DNA of 32,000 bases from Singulisphaera acidiphila DSM 18658 (GTDB lineage Bacteria; Planctomycetota; Planctomycetia; Isosphaerales; Isosphaeraceae), in assembly GCF_000242455.2 (NCBI RefSeq), contig NC_019892.1:5124744-5156743 (forward strand), in the 5' to 3' direction. Below the pieces are notes generated by a model, which worked only from the letters and a program-made list of their open reading frames with translations, ran no database searches and was not told the origin of the DNA. This document shows positions 8,847-17,355 of this stretch, piece after piece. Position 1 is the first letter of the stretch. The number at the start of each line of letters is the position of its first letter. The translations under genes and the position numbers were made by a program.

Positions 8847-9890
8847 CTATCCGGCCGGAGCGGCCCGGAACCGAACGCGGTAGTCGCTGGGGGCAATCCG
8901 AAGCACCCTCAGGAATGAGCGTCGCATCGAGTCGGCGCTGCCGAAGCCGCACTCGCAGGCGATCTTCTCCAGGCCGCCCTCGGATTCCTCAAGGCGGCGG
9001 CGGGCCGCCTCGACCCGCAGCCGCTCGACGAACCGCGCCGGGGTCCGGCCGATCTCGCGGAGGAAGACCCGCGCGAAGTTCCGCGGACTCATGTGCATCT
9101 GCCTGGCGAGCGCCTCGACGGTCAGGTCCGCGGCCAGGTTCTCGGCCATCCACGCCTGGAGTTCTCGGAGCGGCTCGCGGTCGGCCGCCTGCAATTCCAG
9201 CAGGGCGCTGAATTGCGACTGGCCCCCGGGCCGGCGGACGAACATGACGAGGTGGCGGGCGATCTGAAGGGCGACGGCGCGGCCGTGGTCTTCCTCGACC
9301 AGCGCCAGGGCCATGTCCATTCCCGCCGTGACGCCGGCCGAGGTGTAGACGTGGCCGTCGCGGACGAAAATCGGGTCGGCCTGGACGTCGACCTCCGGGT
9401 AGCTCCGGGCTAATCGCCCGCACGATCCCCAGTGGGTCGTCGCCCTGCGGCCGTCGAGCAGGCCGGCCGCCGCCAGGATGAAGGCCCCGGTGCAGACCGA
9501 GCCGATCCGCCGCACGCGGGGGGCCATGCGGCGGAGCCAGGCGAGAAAATCCGCATCGCTGGCGACGTCGAAGACACTGTCCCCGCCGACGACGAGCAGC
9601 GTATCGACGCTCCCCCGGAGGCGGGCATAGCTGCGGTGGGCAACCAGGCCCACTCCGCTGGAGGTGATGACTTGCAGGTCCGTGGTGGTCGAGATGACCT
9701 CGACGAGGTAGCCGTCGGCCCTCGCGCCGTCGCCCTCCCCCCGAACCTGTTCCAGGGCCGCGAAGACGGCGCACGGCCCGGCCACGTCCAGGAGTTCAGC
9801 CTGCGGATAGGCCACGACAACGATCCGCCGTGGCAGGACCCGCGCCTCCTCCTCCTCCGGTTTGCCTTCTCGATCGCCGCGCTTTGCCAT
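8847..9890 (-). CDS. GlxA-family transcriptional regulator (DJ-1/PfpI domain plus AraC HTH)
   Basis: The N-terminal DJ-1-like domain has SVCTGAFILAAAGLLDGRRATTHW. The C-terminal AraC-type HTH has ALARQMHMSPRNFARVFLREIGRTPARF...CGFGSADSMRRSF. Confidence 0.9.
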   Translation of the reverse strand: MAKRGDREGKPEEEEARVLPRRIVVVAYPQAELLDVAGPCAVFAALEQVRGEGDGARADGYLVEVISTTTDLQVITSSGVGLVAHRSYARLRGSVDTLLVVGGDSVFDVASDADFLAWLRRMAPRVRRIGSVCTGAFILAAAGLLDGRRATTHWGSCGRLARSYPEVDVQADPIFVRDGHVYTSAGVTAGMDMALALVEEDHGRAVALQIARHLVMFVRRPGGQSQFSALLELQAADREPLRELQAWMAENLAADLTVEALARQMHMSPRNFARVFLREIGRTPARFVERLRVEAARRRLEESEGGLEKIACECGFGSADSMRRSFLRVLRIAPSDYRVRFRAAPAG

Positions 9891-10293
9891 GACCCACCTC
9901 CGATGCAGAGACCTGTCGTTGTTTAGGAATCATAGCGCGGCCGGACCGTGTCCGAAATGACAAAGATCCAGCAGTTTCTGCCAACTGCGGCTGGGGGCAT
10001 GGACCGCCCCGTCGATGACGCTGAACCCTCGTCAAACGTGGTTCGGACGCGGCGTTCCGGGTCGGAGATGCCTCGTAACAAGAAGAGATCGTGAGTCTTT
10101 CATGAGAAATAATCATGACGCTTGGAATCCGGGCGATAGACGGTCATACTCCCACCGCGTGCCCGCGTGTGGATCGCGGGCAAGGGCGGGACTCCGGCCT
10201 CCGGCTCGGGGGCGAGGAGGATGGTCGAGGTACGCGACCCAACGACCGCCACACCCAACTTGCAGGCCAGGTGAGAGGCTGGGAGTGACACCG

Positions 10294-11034
10294 ATGCGCT
10301 ACGACTGCCTGGTCATTAGCGACCTGCATCTCGGCAGCGACGTCTGCCAGGCCGTGCTCCTGGAGCAGTTCCTCGAGTGGGCGGTCGAGAACACCCGCGT
10401 GTTGGTCATCAACGGCGACATCTTCGACGACCTCAACTTCAAACGGCTCTCGAAGCGGCACTTCGCCTGCCTCAAGATCCTCCGCCGCAACTCCGACCGC
10501 GACGACCTTCGCCTGGTCTGGGTCCGTGGCAACCACGACGGACCCGCCGACGTCGTCGGGCACATCGTCGGCGTCCAGGTCCTCGACGAGTACGTCTTCC
10601 GAAACGACCGGCTCCATCTGCTCGCCCTCCACGGTGACCAGTTCGACCGCTTCGTCAACGACTACGGCTGGCTGACGGAGATCGCCTGCGGGCTGTTCTA
10701 CTACGTCCAGAAGTGGGCGCCTCACCAAACCGCGCGCTACCTCCGGCGGGTCTCCAAGAAGTGGCAGCGCAGCAGCGTCTCGATCCGCGACGGGGCTGTC
10801 GCTTACGCGGCGTCGAAGGGCTTCCGCCACGTGACCTGCGGCCATACCCACCTGCCCGGCATCGAGCAGGTGGGCGATGTGCTCTACGCCAACAGCGGTA
10901 CGTGGACCGAGCAGCCACCCTGTCCGTTCGTGTCGGTTCGTGGCAGTGAGGTCCGGCTGGAATACTGGCCGCTCGCTACCGACGAGCCCGCCGCCTCGGA
11001 ACTCGCGCACGCGATGGCGCGGTCTGATCTTTAA
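10294..11034 (+). CDS. Metallophosphoesterase, LpxH-like (UDP-2,3-diacylglucosamine hydrolase family)
   Basis: MRYDCLVISDLHLG...INGDIFD...RGNHD...HGD...CGHTH is the LpxH-like motif order. The ATG at 10294 is preferred over the Arg-rich upstream extension. Confidence 0.8.
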   Translation: MRYDCLVISDLHLGSDVCQAVLLEQFLEWAVENTRVLVINGDIFDDLNFKRLSKRHFACLKILRRNSDRDDLRLVWVRGNHDGPADVVGHIVGVQVLDEYVFRNDRLHLLALHGDQFDRFVNDYGWLTEIACGLFYYVQKWAPHQTARYLRRVSKKWQRSSVSIRDGAVAYAASKGFRHVTCGHTHLPGIEQVGDVLYANSGTWTEQPPCPFVSVRGSEVRLEYWPLATDEPAASELAHAMARSDL

Positions 11035-11099
11035 CGCGACCCTTCGAATTCGTTTCCCCAGACCACCCGACTTCTCCCTGTCCGAGGCCACGACACACC

Positions 11100-11912
11100 A
11101 TGAGCACTACCGAGGTCCACCATGCCTACAACGACGTCGTCGCGACCCACTACGACCTCGATCCGCAGGGCGTGATCGGGCGGTCCCTCGACCGCGGCAT
11201 CGCCCAGATGAAGGAGGAAGGCCTGCTGGACGGCGGGGATCTGCGTGTCCTCGACGTCGGCATGGGGACGGGCCTCTTCCTCGAGAAGCTTCGGCTCGCG
11301 TCCGGCAGCCCGATTGTTCCCTTCGGGATCGACCTTGCCGAGAACATGCTGGAGGTCGCGCACCGGCGGATCAAGGGCCTGGAGGCGGTGGTCGGCGATG
11401 CCTCGAACCTGGACGCCTTTTTCCCGGGCCGGGAGTTCGACTGCGTCTGCACACATTTCGTCACCGGCTTCGTATCGATGCGCGTGCTGGCACCCCAAAT
11501 CGCGCGCAAGCTCCGGCCAGGCGGCTACTGGTCGCTGGTCGGCGGCACGAGGGCGGCCTATCCGGCCTTGCAGGCGAAGGGGGATTCAAAACTCCTCCGC
11601 TGGCTCACCGGCGCCGGCTCGCGCCAGGTGGACGACACTGTTCTGAACCCGGCCGACGAGCGCGAAGTCGCCGAGGTCATGGGCGCCCAGGGCCTCGACG
11701 TCATCCGGACCGAGACCTTCCAGCCGCCCCTGGCGTTCGAGGACTTCGACGCCTTCATGGAATTCGGCTATCGCGGCGGCTGGCTGACGCCTCTGATCGA
11801 GAGCCTCGGGCTGCACCGCGCCGGGGCGGTCAAGCGTTGGGCCCTCGACCGCCTGGTCTTCCCGGTCCAGGATTCGCACAACATCGTGGCCGTGCTCGGC
11901 CGCAAGCGATGA
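11100..11912 (+). CDS. Class I SAM-dependent methyltransferase
   Basis: Motif I is VLDVGMGTGLF, followed by the acidic-loop and post-I patterns. Confidence 0.85.
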   Translation: MSTTEVHHAYNDVVATHYDLDPQGVIGRSLDRGIAQMKEEGLLDGGDLRVLDVGMGTGLFLEKLRLASGSPIVPFGIDLAENMLEVAHRRIKGLEAVVGDASNLDAFFPGREFDCVCTHFVTGFVSMRVLAPQIARKLRPGGYWSLVGGTRAAYPALQAKGDSKLLRWLTGAGSRQVDDTVLNPADEREVAEVMGAQGLDVIRTETFQPPLAFEDFDAFMEFGYRGGWLTPLIESLGLHRAGAVKRWALDRLVFPVQDSHNIVAVLGRKR

Positions 11913-11937
11913 GACCGTCGACGGGCGGCGCGACCGC

Positions 11938-12471
11938 TCACCGCCTCCAGTCCCTCGGGCGGAACACCAGGTAGTTCAGGCAGATCGGGACCTCGTAGAA
12001 CAGCAGGATGAGGTTCAGGTCGCGCCCCGGCGGGAAGCGCCGGTTGAAGTCGGACATGTCCGCGGCGATGGTCCAGACCTTGTGCCCCCAGGCCTGGACC
12101 TTGTAGCCGATCGGGGCCAGCAGGAGGAACAGCGGGGCCGCCCACCCCGGCACTGTCGGCAGCGCCACGACGCTCCCCACGAGCAAAGCCAGGAACGCCG
12201 CCGTCGCGAGGATCACTCGGGGCGGCGAGTGCATGCCGATGACGAGCAAGTAGGCCGTGGCCAGCCCCACCGGCACCCCCCACGGCGATGGGACGCCGAC
12301 GAGCCGCGCCCCCTGAGTGAGAAAGGCGTAGACGCCGAACCAAAGCATGGCGAGCGCGAGCAGATGGTTGATGTTGATGCCCGCCTGCGAATGCCGGCCG
12401 AGGTGCCGGGTGTAGAGGCCCTCGAAGTCAACGTGAAGCAAGCTCAACGGCCGGGCGGTCCCTGTGCTCAT
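11938..12471 (-). CDS. DUF962/Mpo1-like membrane protein (tentative)
   Basis: There are about four hydrophobic helices. HSQAGININHLLA and YKVQAWGHKVW resemble the His motifs of DUF962. The start overlaps the upstream aminotransferase gene by 44 nt. Confidence 0.6.
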   Translation of the reverse strand: MSTGTARPLSLLHVDFEGLYTRHLGRHSQAGININHLLALAMLWFGVYAFLTQGARLVGVPSPWGVPVGLATAYLLVIGMHSPPRVILATAAFLALLVGSVVALPTVPGWAAPLFLLLAPIGYKVQAWGHKVWTIAADMSDFNRRFPPGRDLNLILLFYEVPICLNYLVFRPRDWRR

Positions 12472-14611
12472 GGTCTGCCTTTCGGATTGGGGATGGTCTC
12501 AACATGCTGGCGAGCCCCGCGACGATCACTCGGGGGAACGGACGCCCCAGGACGTCGATGATCGTCTCGCAGGCCCGGTCGATGTCTTCGGGGCTGACGT
12601 TCAACGGCGGGGTGAACTTCAATGTGTTTGGCTCGTACTGACAAAAGCCAGCCAATACGGGGGATCGCTCGTGCCGGAGCATGGCCAGCAGGTACGACGC
12701 GCCGAGCCGCTTGCGCAGCCAACGGCGCGGCCCCCCTCGCGCGTCCAGCTCGATGGCGATGAGCAGCCCGAAGACCCGCACGTCGCTCACGCCCCTGAGC
12801 GGGGCCAGCCCGGCCCGGAGCGCCTGCTCGAACCTTGACCCGGCCTCGGCCACCCGCCCGGCGAGCCCCAGCTCCTCGGCTGCCCGGAACGCGTTGAGCA
12901 CGGTCCGGTATCCCAGCTCATACCCGTAATGGCCCTGGATCGTTTCCACCAGCCCCGCACCACGGTCCGCGAGCGATTCGGCCACCTCGTCCGAGTAGAG
13001 CGTCAGGGAGAAGGGTAACATCATGTCCGACGTCCCCTTGCCCAAGAGCATCACGTCCGGCGTCAGGCCGAACACCTGCGATTGGCTGAACGGCCCGGTC
13101 CGGTACAGGCCCGTCTGCACCTCGTCCACGATCAGCAGGTAGCCCCGGCGTTTCCGTCCCTCGTCGAGGTGGCGCACCAGGGGCTCCGGAATGCGCCTGA
13201 CCCCGCCCACCGACTGGATGAGCTCGATCTGAACTGCCGCGTAATCATGCTTATCCAGGAGAGTGTCGATTTGCTCGCGGGCGTCAGGGGCGAAGGGGTC
13301 GACGTAGTGGACCTCGGCGAACAGGGGGCCGATGCGTTCCTTGTAAGAGGGGTTGGCGGTCCCCGTCAGTGAGAACAGCGTCTTCCCCCCGAACCCGGCC
13401 CTCAGCGCCAGGACGTGCCGCCGGGGGAACCGCGCGACGAGGGCCGCCTTCAGCGCGTTCTCGACGGCGGTGCCGCCGCTGACCGCAGGCAGGACGTTCC
13501 CGAGGCCGGTAAGTACCTGGAGGCGATCCCGGAGTTCGGCCTGGGGAGAACCGAGGCCGCCCACCGGAGACGTCAAAGCTTCCGCGTAGCCCGATGGGTT
13601 GTGCCCACGGAGGCTGCACGCGACGCCGCTCACGAAATCGAGGACGGGGCGTCCGTTGACGACGACCGAGCTGCCGACGGCCCGTACGTCCGCCGTCTCG
13701 AACCCGGCGGTCCGGATGACCCGGTAGAGCGAGGGGTTGTAATAATGCCGGAACGCTTCCCCACGACGGGTGAGGTTATCAGCAATTGCCAGCAGTTCAT
13801 CGGCATGACGGCGGAAGAATTCCGGGTCGGTCGCCGCCATGACGTTCATGAAATGCCGGGCCGAGACCGTATTCGGCTGGAAGGTCGTCGAGTGGAACGT
13901 GCTCTTCCCCATTCGATTCCAGGCCGCGAACATCGACCGCCGGGCCGTGAAGGCGCCGAAGGGGACGGCCCGGCCGGCGAACGACTCGTCAAAGACGACC
14001 AGATCGGGGACGACCTCGCGCAAGACCCCCCGCGCCCCGCCCCGCAAGCGCGCCAGGCTCTCACGATCGACGCACGTGACGACTGCCGGCTGGTGACGAC
14101 GCACGAGCTCCCCGATCGCCTCCGCGTGCGTGTCCAGGAGGCCGTCATCCCCGGCGACCAGCACGAGCGGGTCGATCACGACCCCATCGAAATCACCCGA
14201 TCGGAGCCGCTCGGCAGCCTCGCCAAAAGCGCGACGACCGATCACGCGCACTCCCGGCAAGAACTCGACGCGATGCCCATCCGGCAGGTCCCAGTCGGCG
14301 AACCCGACCAGGCGGTCAGCGGGGTCGAGCACGAGCCCGACCCGGATGCCGTCGACGGCCCCTCGGTTGTACCTTACGAGCTTGATCGCGCCGCCGAGCG
14401 CCTCCTCGAGCCCGTTCGCCAGGAACGACTGGAACTCCTCACCCCCGCCCGCGGCGCGGCCCGACGGGTCCGTCCACGTCGTGCGGACGTAGCGGTCGAG
14501 GCAGAAGCAGGCCTGGGCGATGTGTGGGTTCAGGTAGAGCCTGAGCAGGTTCGGCTCCTGCTCACGCAGCATCGACTCCAGCGTCTCGATAGCAGAGGGT
14601 AGCGATTGCAT
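12428..14611 (-). CDS. Class-III (PLP) aminotransferase, tandem two-domain fusion
   Basis: The C-terminal half has LDFVSGVACSLRGHNP, AVSGGTAVENALKAAL, LLIVDEVQTGLYRTG and PDVMLLGKGTSD, with the Lys codon at 13036-13038. The N-terminal half repeats the same motif order in degenerate form. Confidence 0.85.
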   Translation of the reverse strand: MQSLPSAIETLESMLREQEPNLLRLYLNPHIAQACFCLDRYVRTTWTDPSGRAAGGGEEFQSFLANGLEEALGGAIKLVRYNRGAVDGIRVGLVLDPADRLVGFADWDLPDGHRVEFLPGVRVIGRRAFGEAAERLRSGDFDGVVIDPLVLVAGDDGLLDTHAEAIGELVRRHQPAVVTCVDRESLARLRGGARGVLREVVPDLVVFDESFAGRAVPFGAFTARRSMFAAWNRMGKSTFHSTTFQPNTVSARHFMNVMAATDPEFFRRHADELLAIADNLTRRGEAFRHYYNPSLYRVIRTAGFETADVRAVGSSVVVNGRPVLDFVSGVACSLRGHNPSGYAEALTSPVGGLGSPQAELRDRLQVLTGLGNVLPAVSGGTAVENALKAALVARFPRRHVLALRAGFGGKTLFSLTGTANPSYKERIGPLFAEVHYVDPFAPDAREQIDTLLDKHDYAAVQIELIQSVGGVRRIPEPLVRHLDEGRKRRGYLLIVDEVQTGLYRTGPFSQSQVFGLTPDVMLLGKGTSDMMLPFSLTLYSDEVAESLADRGAGLVETIQGHYGYELGYRTVLNAFRAAEELGLAGRVAEAGSRFEQALRAGLAPLRGVSDVRVFGLLIAIELDARGGPRRWLRKRLGASYLLAMLRHERSPVLAGFCQYEPNTLKFTPPLNVSPEDIDRACETIIDVLGRPFPRVIVAGLASMLRPSPIRKADHEHRDRPAVELASR

Positions 14612-14618
14612 TCGTGGC

Positions 14619-16475
14619 CTAATTGCTGTGTTTGCCGGGGTTGCATCGGACGTTCGGGAGGTACTTCGCCAGGTAGCCGTCGAAGGCCGCCTTGTCGAAC
14701 CGGAACAGGAACAGGTCGGCCGAGACGCAGTCCTCGTCTCGGAACGGCGAGTGCGGCATGCCGTCGCGCCGGATGTAGCGGAGCTGGATCTTTCGCAGGG
14801 CGACCTTGGTGTGCGTCGCCCAGAACCGCTCGAACTCGGCGGGCGTGAGGAACAGTTCCGTGTGCCAGGCGACGTGCCGGCTCAGGGCGTGCATCAGGAA
14901 CGACGTGACCGGGTTCTCCTCCAGCCGGTCCCACAGCCGCCCGAGCGCGTCGCGCGGCAACTCCTGCGCAGGGCCGGACGGCCCGAACGGCTCGTTGGAG
15001 TACTTCGAGATCGTCACCGTGTCGCTCGCCGCGTGCGCCTGCCGGATCTCCACGTTTGCCGCGTCCCGGTCCCGGAGCGCCGCGAGCAGTTCGTCCGCCC
15101 CCGCGTTCTTCCACGTCTCGCGCCGGACGTAGTAACGCGACTTCGGCTTGGTCCGCAGGTAGAGCCGCAGGACCACCATGCGGGACCGTAGGTTGTAAAC
15201 GTTCTCCCGGAACGCCCCCTCGTCCCGCCCGGCCGAGACGATCCGATCCGAATTCGGGTCGTACAGGACCACCCGGCAGGCCGTGTCCGCGACCGTGGCG
15301 TAATCCAAGGACGAGCCGTGGATCGGCACGAAGAACGAGGTCCCGACCGACACGAAGGAGTAGTTGGGCATGACGAACAGCTCCTCGCCGCGCCCGCCCA
15401 GATATTCCCTCGCCTCGCGGATTGTCGCGCCGCAATCCGCCTTCAAGACCCCCGGCCCGGCGTGGACCGCCCGATGACAGCCGACGGTCGAGACGATCGT
15501 CCTCCCCGGGTACCGATGTCCGAAGTGGTTGACGCCGTTGTTGTACCCCACAACCCGGACGCGCCCGATGTTCCCATCGTGGCAGAGCGAGACGATCTCG
15601 CGCATCGACCTCGGCTTCAGAGTCCGGACCGACCAGGGCCTCGCCCCCGGGAACCACCTCGACAGCAGGCCCACGGCGAGCGCCACCAGTTGCCCGGCGA
15701 GAAGCCACGAGAGGACTCGCGCGACCGCCGTCGCCACTCGCCGCCCGGCGGAGGTCCCCCGGTGGCGCTCCAGCACCTCGCGCCAGGCGAGGTTCGCGCC
15801 GAGGTACGTGTAGGCCCTCCGGCGATGCCCCACGGCCCGCCCGGCCTGTCCCACCTCGCCTGTTCCGCCCGGTCGGGCGTCCCCCGACCGCTCGGCCTCG
15901 ATCGCGGCGAAGAGCTCCTCCCCCTCGATGAAGCAGGTGCGGAGGCGCCCCGGGGCCAGCGGGAACAGCGGACCGAGGCGCCCCAGCCACCGGCTCACGC
16001 CTGAATTCGGGCTGAGCACGAGACCCGGCCGGAAGACGGCGACGCGGCCCGCGATGCCGCTCGACCGGACCAGGGCCAGCGCGAGCCGCTCCGTCTCCTC
16101 CGCCACCGGATCGTTGAGGTGGACCCGGAATGTGCCGACGATCCCAACGAACCCGACGGACCGCCGCGCCGCGGCATCCAGCAGCTCCATGAGCCTGCGC
16201 CGTCCGGGCTCGCCGAGACGCGGGGGCAGGAACAGGACCAGGCTCGCCGGGGCGTGCCCCCCCTCGTCGTCCCCCGGCACGACCTCGACCCGCGCCTTCC
16301 GGCCCACAAACGCCGCGAAGTCCGCCGCGATCGCATTTCCGAAGCCGGCGATGAATACGACGTCCCCCCGGTCCGCCGGCTCGGGGCCTGCCGCCGTGTA
16401 GAGAACCTCGCCGGCCTCCCCCCGTCGGTCAGACGGGGCGGCCGTGGGGATCGATCCGAAAGACGGGCTGTCCAT
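14619..16475 (-). CDS. VAO/PCMH-type FAD-binding oxidoreductase fused to an N-terminal Rossmann-like region and a central TM segment
   Basis: The C-terminal portion has VVGYNNGVNHFGHRYPGRTIVST...MPNYSFVSVGTSFFVPIHGSS and ends in NPGKHSN, typical of FAD-linked oxidases. The central hydrophobic stretch is VATAVARVLSWLLAGQLVALAVGLL. The N-terminal VVFIAGFGNAIAADFA is only tentatively nucleotide-binding. Confidence 0.75.
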   Translation of the reverse strand: MDSPSFGSIPTAAPSDRRGEAGEVLYTAAGPEPADRGDVVFIAGFGNAIAADFAAFVGRKARVEVVPGDDEGGHAPASLVLFLPPRLGEPGRRRLMELLDAAARRSVGFVGIVGTFRVHLNDPVAEETERLALALVRSSGIAGRVAVFRPGLVLSPNSGVSRWLGRLGPLFPLAPGRLRTCFIEGEELFAAIEAERSGDARPGGTGEVGQAGRAVGHRRRAYTYLGANLAWREVLERHRGTSAGRRVATAVARVLSWLLAGQLVALAVGLLSRWFPGARPWSVRTLKPRSMREIVSLCHDGNIGRVRVVGYNNGVNHFGHRYPGRTIVSTVGCHRAVHAGPGVLKADCGATIREAREYLGGRGEELFVMPNYSFVSVGTSFFVPIHGSSLDYATVADTACRVVLYDPNSDRIVSAGRDEGAFRENVYNLRSRMVVLRLYLRTKPKSRYYVRRETWKNAGADELLAALRDRDAANVEIRQAHAASDTVTISKYSNEPFGPSGPAQELPRDALGRLWDRLEENPVTSFLMHALSRHVAWHTELFLTPAEFERFWATHTKVALRKIQLRYIRRDGMPHSPFRDEDCVSADLFLFRFDKAAFDGYLAKYLPNVRCNPGKHSN

Positions 16476-17355
16476 AGCGGACCCTCTCGTTCGGGGAGAC
16501 CAAAGGAGTTGCCTCGGGCGACGACGACGCGATCAGCACGACCGTCGAGCCCAGCTCGAACGTCGCGATCCAGCCCCCGCGCTCGACCAGCGGGGGAGAC
16601 GGCCACCGGTATGACTCGACCCGCCTCGAACCCGGCCGAAATCCGGGCGCCAGGGGCAGCGTGATTTTTCCCACCCCCCAACCCGCGACCAGGACGACCG
16701 CGCACGCCCCTGAGTCTGTTGAGAGACTCAGAATCATGCGTTCATTCAAAGTGTATACCGGGTACTCGGGCGACTGGTACGGGGGGTGGACCAGCAGTCT
16801 CGCCCCCGGGACGTGGACGGCCTCATCGATCCGCCCGTCCGACGGGCTGAAGACGCGATGACAGTCGATCGGCGACAGGAAGATGATTGCAAACTGGCCC
16901 CCCTCGTACGGCCGCGCGTCCAGGCCGGCGAGCAAAGATTCGACGGAGTAGGCGATCCCCTTGACCGTGAGGAACCGTCCCCCCTCCACGCGGCCGAGGT
17001 CCTGGACCGTGCCGTCGCACGGGCTGAGCAGGTCCGAGCCGACGGCGGGAATGGGCCGGTGCTCGCGCTTCACGCCCCGGGTGAACAGGGCGTTGAACGT
17101 CGGGTAGTCCCCCAACGGGCGCTCCGCCTCCTGCTCGTCCAGCCCGGGCGGGTACATCCTCGCGTAGAGGTCCCGGAACAGGCGCTGCCGCAATCGCCGC
17201 GAGGGGATCGGCAGACGCGAGAGCTTCACCCCCAGGACCGCCAGGCAGAAACCCCAGAGGCCGCCGTGGATGCGCCGGGCCTGGCGGAACTGCTCCCATT
17301 GGATCGAGGCGCGTCGCCGCGCGCCGGTGTCGGGAGACTTCTCCGGAGTGTTCAT
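16429..17355 (-). CDS. psd: Phosphatidylserine decarboxylase-family proenzyme
   Basis: SPCDGTV, FLSPIDCHRVFSP and the self-cleavage-type FELGSTVVL (LGST) motif are present. The ATG at 17355 forms an ATGA overlap with the stop of the upstream GMC gene. Confidence 0.8.
   Translation of the reverse strand: MNTPEKSPDTGARRRASIQWEQFRQARRIHGGLWGFCLAVLGVKLSRLPIPSRRLRQRLFRDLYARMYPPGLDEQEAERPLGDYPTFNALFTRGVKREHRPIPAVGSDLLSPCDGTVQDLGRVEGGRFLTVKGIAYSVESLLAGLDARPYEGGQFAIIFLSPIDCHRVFSPSDGRIDEAVHVPGARLLVHPPYQSPEYPVYTLNERMILSLSTDSGACAVVLVAGWGVGKITLPLAPGFRPGSRRVESYRWPSPPLVERGGWIATFELGSTVVLIASSSPEATPLVSPNERVRYGQPVFRIDPHGRPV

Noticed and set aside
13415-15990. Long plus- and minus-strand ORFs (395 aa at 13415-14602, 486 aa at 14530-15990) overlapping the aminotransferase and VAO genes
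   Set aside because: Their Arg/Pro/Gly/Ala-rich low-complexity translations are typical of off-frame ORFs in high-GC DNA. The alternative frames carry clear enzyme motifs.
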